From: Rubripirellula sp.
Lineage (GTDB): Bacteria; Planctomycetota; Planctomycetia; Pirellulales; Pirellulaceae
DNA length: 64,000 bases
Direction of reading: 5' to 3'
Assembly: GCA_965216875.1 (NCBI GenBank)
Contig: OZ244207.1
Location: forward strand, 4,192,001-4,256,000
Part shown: positions 37,813 through 46,461 of the stretch, piece after piece
Layout of the letters: every line of letters begins with the position of its first letter
Numbering within the stretch: the stretch's first letter is position 1
The notes under the pieces: model-generated
What the model saw: the letters and a program-made list of their open reading frames with translations, nothing else
The model's database searches: none
What the model was told of the DNA's origin: nothing
Translations under genes and position numbers: made by a program

Positions 37813-38943
37813 ATGTGGTTTTCCACCTTCCTGGTCAAGAATCTTCGTCGTCGCCCCTTGCGATCGATCCTAACCATTACGGCAGTCGCGCTTGGTGTCG
37901 GCGCCGTCGTCTCGCTGGTGGGGGTCGCCACGGGATTCAAAGCGTCGTTCTTGAAGCTATATGGCGAAGTCGGAATCGACTTGTTAGTGATCAAGGGACG
38001 GGTGGGGCGCCAGCTCGAAAGTGGCATCCCTGAATCGATGTGCGACCGCATTGCCGCGATCGACGGTGTCGTCGAAGTCATCCCGGGATTGAACGATGTG
38101 ATTAGTTTTCCAGACGAAGACCTTTTTATGGTCGTCGTCAACGGCTTCGTCCCCGAGAGCAAAGTCTTTGATCACTTTGACTTGAAAGAGGGACGGCATC
38201 TTCGACTTGAGGACGAACGCAAAGTGATGCTCGGAGCAATCCTTGCCGAGAACCTGCAAAAGGGGGTCGGCGACCAAGTCGAAGTCTACGACGAAGAGTT
38301 TTTTGAAGTGGTCGGCGTCTTCGACAGTTTCAGCGTGATCGAAAGTGGTTCGCTGGTGATGCCGATGCACGAATTGCAACCGCTGATCGGTCGAGAAGAA
38401 CAGGTGCTCGGCATCAGCGTGATGACCGAAGATGGAACCGACACGGACCAATTGGAACGCATCCGCAGCCAAATTGAAGAGCTCGAAACGGGTATCGTTG
38501 CGCGGCCTGCGAGAGAACACGTCAATGGACTGACCGAGATTCAGCTCGCCGGTGCGATGGCTTGGCTCACCAGCGCCATCGCGCTACTGATTGGCGGCGT
38601 TGGCGTGATGAACACCATGATCATGACGGTTCAGGAACGGACACGTGAAATCGGTGTGCTAAGGGCAATCGGCTGGCGGCGTAGCCGCGTGATCAAAATG
38701 GTGCTTGCCGAATCACTGATCCTTGGTGTCATCGGCGCGGTGATCGGAATTGTCGGTGCGATCGCGCTGGTGAAGTTGCTGACGAGTTTGCCAACGGTCA
38801 ACGGATTACTCGAAGGCAACATCCCGCCGATCGTGATCGTCTATGGAATCGTCCTCGCACTCGCTGTTGGCCTGGTGGGTGGACTTGTACCCGCGATCAT
38901 TGCGTCCCGGATGACGCCAACGGCGGCCCTTCGCCAAGAATGA
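37813..38943 (+). CDS. MacB/FtsX-family ABC transporter permease
   Basis: KNLRRRPLRSILT, periplasmic domain, GVMNTMIMTVQERTREIGVLRAIGW, PAIIASRMTPTAALR. Confidence 0.93.
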   Translation: MWFSTFLVKNLRRRPLRSILTITAVALGVGAVVSLVGVATGFKASFLKLYGEVGIDLLVIKGRVGRQLESGIPESMCDRIAAIDGVVEVIPGLNDVISFPDEDLFMVVVNGFVPESKVFDHFDLKEGRHLRLEDERKVMLGAILAENLQKGVGDQVEVYDEEFFEVVGVFDSFSVIESGSLVMPMHELQPLIGREEQVLGISVMTEDGTDTDQLERIRSQIEELETGIVARPAREHVNGLTEIQLAGAMAWLTSAIALLIGGVGVMNTMIMTVQERTREIGVLRAIGWRRSRVIKMVLAESLILGVIGAVIGIVGAIALVKLLTSLPTVNGLLEGNIPPIVIVYGIVLALAVGLVGGLVPAIIASRMTPTAALRQE

Positions 38944-38956
38944 TTGTGATCGCAGG

Positions 38957-39826
38957 CTACTTCTTGCCCAACGCGCGTCGAAACTTTCTGACCGCATCTT
39001 GTACCGCCAGCGGTAGTTTCGAGCCGAGCAGGTTTGGCCCACCGAACCAGTCGCTCGGTTCATGAACAACCGCGTGACATTCGATGACGATCGCACCCTC
39101 ATGCCCGATCAAACGCGTCGCCTTGGCATAGGCGGCAAGTCCGCTGTAGGCGTGGTCGGAATCATCGTCGGACTTGGCGTGCCGCCATCGATTCGGAAAC
39201 TCATCGTCGCCGGAAAACGGTTCAGCAAGTTCAACGCTTCCCCGGTGCGAGCTTTCGGTCGATATCGAAATTGCATGAACGACGCCGCTGACAATCACTC
39301 GATCGAGCACCGGAGCTTCGAAGCGGTAGTAGCCCGTCTTCGAATGCTCGTCGCTAGCAGGTAAATCGATCCCACGACTCTTCAATTGTGCTTCCGTCAA
39401 CGCGTTGCCAGCAGAATCGTCGGCGTCACTTGTCTCAGCCATCGATGCCAACATGCCTTCATCGGCAATGGCATCGAGGGGCCCGTGGGCAACGAACCAG
39501 ACGTCGATTCGGTGCCCAATCCGTTTGCCATCGGAATCTTTGATCGTCTCTCGCTTGAGCGTGAACGGTGAAACGATCGATTTCTTGGTGAAGCGATCAA
39601 GCGAATGACGCCCTGCGACTTGCCTGAGCGCCACCGCCTGTTCCTCTTCGCTCATCCCATCTGCAAACGTGGGCGGCGGGAGCGGAACGGCCTGGCCACC
39701 AAGTTCGACTGACGGAAGTGATGCAAGCGAATCATCGGCGTTTGCGTTCGAGCCGATGAGGACGATGCCCAATGCCAGGGTGGCAAAGATCCTAGCGAGC
39801 GACTGTGGGAATTGGCGGTCTGTCAA
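38957..39826 (-). CDS. Conserved exported hypothetical protein
   Basis: Signal peptide ending ANA-DD; C-terminal HEPSDWFGGPNLLGSKLPLAVQDAVRKFRR. Confidence 0.75.
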   Translation of the reverse strand: MTDRQFPQSLARIFATLALGIVLIGSNANADDSLASLPSVELGGQAVPLPPPTFADGMSEEEQAVALRQVAGRHSLDRFTKKSIVSPFTLKRETIKDSDGKRIGHRIDVWFVAHGPLDAIADEGMLASMAETSDADDSAGNALTEAQLKSRGIDLPASDEHSKTGYYRFEAPVLDRVIVSGVVHAISISTESSHRGSVELAEPFSGDDEFPNRWRHAKSDDDSDHAYSGLAAYAKATRLIGHEGAIVIECHAVVHEPSDWFGGPNLLGSKLPLAVQDAVRKFRRALGKK

Positions 39827-39837
39827 GGCAGCTGAGA

Positions 39838-40878
39838 TTATCGAAAGTTGTTTGATTGTTGGTTGGCCATGTGAGCCAGCGATTGGGCAACGCCTTGCAC
39901 AATGTGTTGAAGATCAACTTTCGTCAAGAACTTTTTTGCTGCTGCAACCTTCATCGAGTCGGCAAAGGGAACCGACGTACCCCGTGGGATTTGCACCAAA
40001 GCGAATCGATCGGGCGTGGGAATACTCGACAACAGCCCCCCTTTGGAGACGTGGATTTGCCGATCTTCCTGAAAACCCTCCGGCAACAATTGCATGTCGG
40101 GGGAATCGATTTTGTACTGCCCACCCGAACGTTCCGCTCCCGAGGTATCCAGCTGCCAAACGAGGAACCCAAGTTTTCCGTTGGTGGGCGACACCCAAAG
40201 GAAGTGACGGAGGACCCGCTCTTGATGATCATCACCGACGACCATGTTCGCCTTGGCGTCAAAGATCACCAGACGATCATTGCGTGCGACCTGAACGACG
40301 TCATCCAAACAATCCTCGTTGCCAGCGAGCACTCTTCGGTCAATCATTCCCAGTTCGGCACCGAGTTGGTTGGCCGTTTTTTCGGTCACGATGATATGTC
40401 GACCTTGAATGTTCATCGCAAAGCCGATCGCAACCTTGTCGAGTCGGTAGACCGGCTTGCCCTGAGGCTGCTTTTCTTCGGTTACGTTTGCCATCACCGC
40501 AAAGTTGAACATCGCGGCGTAGCGTTTGGCATACTCGGGAAGACTTTCGATGTCGCCTGAAGCCAAACGGGGAACGGCGAGCGTGACAAGGTTCGAGTAG
40601 CCAGACTTTTGTTGCTGGCCGACCACCACGCCCGGCTCGATCCGTTCGAGGGGTTGATGTGCCAGATCAAACGGAGTGGGCGTCTCGCCCTGAGCATTCA
40701 CGTCCGCGGCATGCATCAACACCAAACAAGCTGTGAATGCATACCAAGTGCGAAAGGGTCGTGTTGTTGTTTTTGTGCTCACAAGATCCATTGCTTCTCT
40801 CAATCCCATCGTCCGAGATAGAAACGTCCCAGATAGAAACGCCGTGCGATGGTATCCAGGAGGATCCGGCGAGGTCAA
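39838..40878 (-). CDS. Exported hypothetical protein (true start probably downstream of 40878)
   Basis: 346 aa ORF with a signal-like segment FTACLVLMHAADVNAQ. Ends 11 bp from the next gene. Confidence 0.7.
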   Translation of the reverse strand: MTSPDPPGYHRTAFLSGTFLSRTMGLREAMDLVSTKTTTRPFRTWYAFTACLVLMHAADVNAQGETPTPFDLAHQPLERIEPGVVVGQQQKSGYSNLVTLAVPRLASGDIESLPEYAKRYAAMFNFAVMANVTEEKQPQGKPVYRLDKVAIGFAMNIQGRHIIVTEKTANQLGAELGMIDRRVLAGNEDCLDDVVQVARNDRLVIFDAKANMVVGDDHQERVLRHFLWVSPTNGKLGFLVWQLDTSGAERSGGQYKIDSPDMQLLPEGFQEDRQIHVSKGGLLSSIPTPDRFALVQIPRGTSVPFADSMKVAAAKKFLTKVDLQHIVQGVAQSLAHMANQQSNNFR

Positions 40879-40943
40879 CCGAAGCGTGTCGATCCGACGT
40901 AATGACAGCGAGCAAACCGTCTTGGACAGTTCGTCGGACCACC

Positions 40944-41204
40944 GTAGCTACGCTCGCCAGAACGTGGGGTGGCGATTAGCGGATTGCCAGCGAAAACCAC
41001 CTTCTGGCGAAGGTAGCTACGTTCAGTTTGACACTGTAGCTACGCTCGCCAGAGCGTGGGGTGGCGGTTTGCGGATTGCCAGCGCAAACCACCTTCTGGC
41101 GAAGGTAGCTACGTTCAGTTTGACACTGTAGCTACGCTCGCCAGAGCGTGGGGTGGTGGATAGCGGATTGCCAACGCAAACCACCTTCTGGCGAAGGTAG
41201 CTAC
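40944..41204. repeat. BIME-like tandem array: 3 x 92 bp units, each an inverted pair of GTAG REPs
   Basis: GTAGCTACGCTCGCCAGA(A/G)CGTGG...CCACCTTCTGGCGAAGGTAGCTAC starts at 40944, 41036 and 41128, joined by the identical linker GTTCAGTTTGACACT. Confidence 0.95.
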
Positions 41205-41218
41205 GGACCTGGGAAAAG

Positions 41219-42547
41219 CTAGCGTAGCTTGAGGACGCGGCGCAAACGTGCGGCGACGATCGGATCGGGCTGGTCCACAAGCCTCAACCGCAACTCCTGT
41301 TTCACGGCCGGATCGTCCATCGTTGCCAACACCGAGATGGCTCGCAATTTGACGTCACGGCTTTCATCATCAAGCATCATGACCAACCACGGCCTTGGGT
41401 CAATGGAATCGCCTCGCGCAATCATGTCGACCAAAGCCAAGCGGCCAGAGACGTCGGCTGACGCGATGCGACTCGCCAAAACGATCTGGCGTTCCGAGTA
41501 CCCGCGTCGGGCAAGTTCCGCTTGAGCCTTCTGCTGCAAAGCTTGATGGGGACTACCAAGCCAATGAATCACCGACTTGTCGTCCAACGTTTCCATTGGC
41601 GAGTCAACCAAGTTGGTGACTGGCAAGATGCTCTCAGCTTGAAACGATGTTTCGACCGTACTTGTAGTCGTTGCATTGAGCTCAGCAGTGTGTGCGAGCG
41701 GAGGCTTTATCTCTTGCAGGACGACCGACTCGCCTTGCGGCACGGTTTGCAATCGGGTCGCAGACGAGCGATAGACGGTCGGCGACTCGCCCACGCGAAG
41801 ATCGGAATCCACGCTGATCGCAGGGTTTTCGCCAGTCGCTTCCGGGGCAGGCGGCCAATCGATCCAAACTTCCTGTGATTCACTCGATACCGGTAGCGGC
41901 TCGACCTGGACCGTCAGACGCTGTGGCGCAGCTGGCCCGTCGCTGAGGATACTGGGACCTGGTCGCCCCGAAAGTGCCAAGGACTCGAGTGTCTTGTTGG
42001 CTTGTTGATAAAGTGCTTGGGAAGCATCGGTGCGTTGATTGACTCGATCGATGATGATCGTTTGCAGCAAGCTTGAACTCCAACCGGTCCGATCGTCCGC
42101 CATCTGAATGGCGACCTCGTCAATGGCTGCGACAAGATCCGTCTGACGCGTAAGAAGCTTTTCATCTTCGAGCGTCGCCCACTCGGTCTGCATGTGCCGA
42201 AGCAGGTCATACGCCGTGCGTCCCACTTCGATGTCATCGTCTGACATCGCGCCGACCAACGGTGAAATGCCATCGGTGCCAAGTTGAGCGAGCTGATGAA
42301 GTCGCTGTTTCTTTTCAACCGGACCACACTCGGCGAAGTCGCCGGTCAGTCGGTAGACCAGCCACCTGCGATATTGGCTGCCGGTCGCAACGACGATCGC
42401 TAGACCGATGGCGACAAGTACGAACATCTTGGCTGCCGGCCCGAACCGAGCGGAGGTTCGCGCATCGTTTGCGCGCTGAGGCTTGCGCCGCTTTTTGTTT
42501 TGCAGCGAAAACGGGTTGGGGATATCTGAAGGGTCACCAGCGCGCAT
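41219..42547 (-). CDS. Membrane-anchored HEAT-repeat protein
   Basis: One TM helix; HEAT-like repeats GISPLVGAMSDDDIEV, PWLVMMLDDESRDVKLRAISVL, DQPDPIVAARL. Confidence 0.75.
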   Translation of the reverse strand: MRAGDPSDIPNPFSLQNKKRRKPQRANDARTSARFGPAAKMFVLVAIGLAIVVATGSQYRRWLVYRLTGDFAECGPVEKKQRLHQLAQLGTDGISPLVGAMSDDDIEVGRTAYDLLRHMQTEWATLEDEKLLTRQTDLVAAIDEVAIQMADDRTGWSSSLLQTIIIDRVNQRTDASQALYQQANKTLESLALSGRPGPSILSDGPAAPQRLTVQVEPLPVSSESQEVWIDWPPAPEATGENPAISVDSDLRVGESPTVYRSSATRLQTVPQGESVVLQEIKPPLAHTAELNATTTSTVETSFQAESILPVTNLVDSPMETLDDKSVIHWLGSPHQALQQKAQAELARRGYSERQIVLASRIASADVSGRLALVDMIARGDSIDPRPWLVMMLDDESRDVKLRAISVLATMDDPAVKQELRLRLVDQPDPIVAARLRRVLKLR

Positions 42548-42612
42548 TTTGGGTCAGCCTATTTGGGGATGCGGCGGCGGATTCTCCCTAGAATTTCGCG
42601 ATCAACGCAAGA

Positions 42613-43950
42613 TCAGTTTGGCGTTATCTGATGCTGCTGCAGCTGCTTGCGATAGTTGACCAGCGTGGCGTTCCATTGCTCCCGAACTCGGCTCGGCACA
42701 TCGACTCCGGACAGAACATCGCCAACCAATCCGCCGAGTACGACCAGGCTTTCCGGCGCGACGCCATGTTGCGACCACGCGATTTTGCCCGTCTTGTCTA
42801 GGACCACCAACGCTCCGGGCTGCATTTGATAGCCTCCGGAAACGATCTGCCCTCGATCAATCAGTACGGAAAGTGGCGATGCGACCGACGGCGGATTACG
42901 GTTTTCGTCCACCACGACCACCACGCGAATCTGTGATCGCAGCGACGCTGGCATCGCGGTCGCCCATTGATGCAACGTTGCCAGAGAAGATTGAGATGCC
43001 GCGTCACCGCTGTACCGCAACAACAGCGTCGCATCGCGGTCAGCACCCTTGTCGGTGAGAGTGAATCGGGAATCACGCGAACTCAGCCGAAACGTCCTTG
43101 CTCGCGAGCCCAACTTGGTAGGGGGCGTTTCAGGTGGCACTCCCACAAAGCTCGAAACGAATTTAGGTCGAGCCGGCAACTCGTCTTGCGGGTAGTCCGC
43201 TTCGGTGCGAAACATCGCCTCGCGCAGCTCGAGCGCAACCAGCCAGCGTGTGTTGCTCGCCGCGTCCCAGATGTCTGGCAAGTCGACCCGTCGAATCAGT
43301 CGATCGTTGACATCGATCCAAAACCGATAACGTTGCCCTTGAGTGTTCGCTTCAATCTCGAAACAGGCCGCACCTGAAATCGTCGCGCGGTCACCGTAGG
43401 CAAACTTGGTGCTCGGTGTGAACAGGTGCTTCATTGGCTCAGGCGAAAACAACCATTCCAATTGCGGTGGCGGTCCGGCGAGGCCGCTGCCGAGTCGCTC
43501 GGCTAAGATCGGATCACTGAGCAGGTTTTCAAGTCGGGGCCGATCGCTGTCTTGACCGGTTGGTTGCCTTAGGACCTGATGATCGAATTGGTTGGTCGTT
43601 GGATCATCAATCCAGGCCGTCTTGTTGCCGCCGCCCTGAAACAGACGGACATCGTACGATCGGACATAAAGTTCGCTTCGCGAAAACCAAACCGAAAGGG
43701 GTGCGACTTCGCTTTGGACCGAAGGCCCATCCGGCACGGTCACGCGTACCACGGCCTGGTCGCTGTACTGCGACGCGTTTCGGTACCGAGCGAAGATGTC
43801 CGACAACAACTGCTCAGCCGGACGACTCTGCAATGACGCAACTTGAGCCTGAACCTCGTCGACCGAAGTTTGCCGAGGGGAACAACCGGCGAGAATCGTC
43901 GCCGTCCCAAGCAGCGTTACCAAAACGTATCGAATCAAACGAAGTCCCAT
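42613..43950 (-). CDS. Lipoprotein with a LolA-like N domain and a thioredoxin-like C domain
   Basis: Start MGLRLIRY...ILAGC (lipobox) at 43950; FWIDVNDRLIRRVDLP; C-terminal PGALVVLDKTGKIAW resembles redoxins. Confidence 0.6.
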   Translation of the reverse strand: MGLRLIRYVLVTLLGTATILAGCSPRQTSVDEVQAQVASLQSRPAEQLLSDIFARYRNASQYSDQAVVRVTVPDGPSVQSEVAPLSVWFSRSELYVRSYDVRLFQGGGNKTAWIDDPTTNQFDHQVLRQPTGQDSDRPRLENLLSDPILAERLGSGLAGPPPQLEWLFSPEPMKHLFTPSTKFAYGDRATISGAACFEIEANTQGQRYRFWIDVNDRLIRRVDLPDIWDAASNTRWLVALELREAMFRTEADYPQDELPARPKFVSSFVGVPPETPPTKLGSRARTFRLSSRDSRFTLTDKGADRDATLLLRYSGDAASQSSLATLHQWATAMPASLRSQIRVVVVVDENRNPPSVASPLSVLIDRGQIVSGGYQMQPGALVVLDKTGKIAWSQHGVAPESLVVLGGLVGDVLSGVDVPSRVREQWNATLVNYRKQLQQHQITPN

Positions 43951-44145
43951 CCCTGATTTCCGGCGGTCGCGGTCTTTTTCCAAGATGGGGTATACCGTGG
44001 CCGCCATTGTTTGATCCAGATCAACCGTGACGCGGGGTCGAAACAGGTCGCCCGCCAAGCCCTCCTTTCGGCGCCATGGAAATACGCGGAAGATGGTGTA
44101 AAACCTTCGCTCCAACCACCCATCACTGCTCGTTCGACGTTCGCG

Positions 44146-45318
44146 ATGCCACAATTCCAACATTTGCTGCAGTCCGTTCCCGAGGAAAAACGCCTCCTTC
44201 GGCCAGCCGAGACACGAAGCTGTGACGACGTTTGCCAGCAAACCGTGGAAGCACTCTCAACGCCGCTGGACTATCCCCCGTTAGATGCGGCGATCGTTCC
44301 TGGCGACCGGGTTGCAATCGCGATTGATCCGAACGTCCCCCAGATCACGGAAATCGTTCGCGGCATTTTGAAGGCGGTTGGTGGTACCGACGCAGGCGCG
44401 ATCGAATTTGTCCTTTGGGATGAAGCAAACGATGAAACCCTGCAAGCGGTCTCGGACGAAGTTGGCGATGCCGCGGAAGTGTTTCGGCACTGCCCCTCCT
44501 CGCGTGAATCGCTTCGTTACTTGGCTGCCGACGAATCGGCCGCGCCGGTTTACGTCAACCGGCGCTTGGTGGATGCCGACTTTGTCTTGCCCGTGATGTC
44601 AGCGCGGCCCGACGACCAACGCGACTCACAAGATCTAGCCGGTGTTTATCCCGCACTTGCTGATTCATCCACTCGAGGTCGCTACAGTGATGCGGCTGCG
44701 GACCAAGAGCAACATCCCGAGTCACCTCCCGACATCCCTTGGTTGCTGGGAGTTCACTTGCTGCTGAGTGTTCGAAGCAATGACGATGGCAACGCGGCCG
44801 ACATCAAAGCAGGAACGCTCACTGCCATCGGTGACGAAATCAAAACGCTCAATCAGCAATCGAGCGAATCGGGTCACGCTTCGATCGTCGTCGCAAGCCT
44901 CGATGGTGATGAGCAACAACAATCATGGTGCAATCTCGCCCGCGCCGTGAGCGCGGCAGCCAAAGCCGTCGAAGAGGGCGGCACGATCGTGGTGTGGAGT
45001 GACCTGAGTCAGCCGCCACAAGGAGCGCTACAGAGACTCGCTGAAGTCGACAGCTTGCAACCTGCTCCGTTTGAACCGACCGAAGACGATGAGTTCCCGC
45101 CGTGGGACCAAGAACTCGCGATTGCAAAATCGATCGCAAAAATTGCAAGCGACCACCGACTGTTGATCCACAGTCGCCTCCAACGCGAATCGCTCGAGGC
45201 ACTCGGCCTTGGCGTGATCGAAACCGAAGACGAATTACAACGCCTCTGCGAGTCCTTCGAAAGCTGCGCGGTGGTGAGAGCCGCACAACACGCAGGCGGA
45301 ACCAATTTGATTGGGTGA
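44146..45318 (+). CDS. Lactate racemase (LarA) domain-like protein
   Basis: ALSTPLDYPPLDAAIVPGDRVAIAID, RYLAADESAAPVYVNRRLVDADFVLPV, AAKAVEEGGTIV. Confidence 0.7.
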   Translation: MPQFQHLLQSVPEEKRLLRPAETRSCDDVCQQTVEALSTPLDYPPLDAAIVPGDRVAIAIDPNVPQITEIVRGILKAVGGTDAGAIEFVLWDEANDETLQAVSDEVGDAAEVFRHCPSSRESLRYLAADESAAPVYVNRRLVDADFVLPVMSARPDDQRDSQDLAGVYPALADSSTRGRYSDAAADQEQHPESPPDIPWLLGVHLLLSVRSNDDGNAADIKAGTLTAIGDEIKTLNQQSSESGHASIVVASLDGDEQQQSWCNLARAVSAAAKAVEEGGTIVVWSDLSQPPQGALQRLAEVDSLQPAPFEPTEDDEFPPWDQELAIAKSIAKIASDHRLLIHSRLQRESLEALGLGVIETEDELQRLCESFESCAVVRAAQHAGGTNLIG

Positions 45319-45323
45319 GAACC

Positions 45324-45387
45324 GTTTGTAGTATCGAGCTTTAGCCGGAACCTTCAGGGTCTTTCGCATTTAGGCGGTACTACGAAC
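45324..45387. repeat. Degenerate REP inverted pair between convergent genes
   Basis: GTTTGTAGTATCGAGCTTTAGCCGGAA...TAGGCGGTACTACGAAC. Confidence 0.75.
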
Positions 45388-45423
45388 CGTGGCAACCGGA
45401 GCCAGATCATTGGCCTTCCCACA

Positions 45424-46227
45424 TCACGTCCCTGGAATCACCGCCGGTGAATTGGATGCGGTGTAGGGGTCGGACCAGCTTCCAAAATCGGGCGGCACCT
45501 TCCATACCTCGGCGTCATCGATCGCGAGCACTAACGTGCTTGGCGCCGAAAGCCGGCCAACGCCATACCGCCAAGCTTCTCCATCCGTTTCCAAAAAGAC
45601 GATCACTCCTGGCATCGTTCCCGCTACGAATAAGAAGACGGCCCCATCACTGCCTGGATTGGTTTCGTCCCGATAACGATCGATGGGCCGGGCCAGCAAA
45701 CGCAAGTTCAACTTCCGCTCTTCCGGGTCTTCTCTTGAAACGATTTGACTAGCCGTCATCCGTTTCATGATTTGCTTCATTTGAAACAGACGCTTCGAAG
45801 GTGTGTCGGCTGGCTGCGGCGCCACGTCCAACCGTTTCATTTCGACCGCCGATGTTGAAGGTGTCCACGACACATCCGGACTCTTCGCGCTAAATGGTTT
45901 TTTGGAGAGCGAAAGAAAGTCATAAACGACGCGCGGACTTGTGCCGCCATACTTTGGATGAAGCTCCGCGGTGATGATCGCCTGTGGTCGCCCCTTCTTT
46001 CCCCAGCGCCATACCGTGCCGTCGACATAGCCTCGCGGTACATCGTCATAGCGAAATAACGGCTTGGCTTCGATCGTCTTTGGCAACGTGTTGTCGTCGC
46101 TAAAGAAACGAATCTGCATGACGCGCTCGGCCATCAAATCCATCCGCGCCTCTGAGACATCGGATTGCCCCAGCGCAAAGGATTGAATGACACCGACCAA
46201 CAAGAGCGACACAAGTGTCCGAACCAT
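45424..46227 (-). CDS. Planctomycete-type secreted hypothetical protein
   Basis: Start MVRTLVSLLLVGVIQSFALGQ at 46227; internally duplicated motifs PLFRY..DG.VW and PIDRY..DGAVF. Confidence 0.75.
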   Translation of the reverse strand: MVRTLVSLLLVGVIQSFALGQSDVSEARMDLMAERVMQIRFFSDDNTLPKTIEAKPLFRYDDVPRGYVDGTVWRWGKKGRPQAIITAELHPKYGGTSPRVVYDFLSLSKKPFSAKSPDVSWTPSTSAVEMKRLDVAPQPADTPSKRLFQMKQIMKRMTASQIVSREDPEERKLNLRLLARPIDRYRDETNPGSDGAVFLFVAGTMPGVIVFLETDGEAWRYGVGRLSAPSTLVLAIDDAEVWKVPPDFGSWSDPYTASNSPAVIPGT

Positions 46228-46380
46228 GGCGTTCCTTAATCTCTTTCTTGTGTTCCCCACCAACACACCCCACCTCAAAAGGCTAACGTCGCCACGGATC
46301 CACCGGCAACTCCACGGAAGTGGCATTTTGTTCACCTTCGATGATTTTCAAAAGAAATTGCCGATCACCCGAGAATCTGA

Positions 46381-46410
46381 TTGACACTTTAGACACTTCG
46401 TCTGTAGATT
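46381..46410 (+). promoter_or_regulatory. Sigma70-like promoter with an embedded palindromic operator (putative BlaI site 1)
   Basis: TTGACA (46381)-N18-TAGATT (46405). The spacer contains TAGACACTTCGTCTG (46390-46404), whose reverse complement is CAGACG-AAG-TGTCTA. Confidence 0.7.
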
Positions 46411-46461
46411 ATGGGCGTGCTTGAAACCGTGTCGTTTGTCGCACTTGAAAAAGGTCGATTG

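Noticed and set aside
40944..41204. CRISPR array interpretation of the 92 bp repeats
   Set aside because: The spacers are near-identical, the units are inverted REP pairs also found at 10090-10167, and there are no cas genes.
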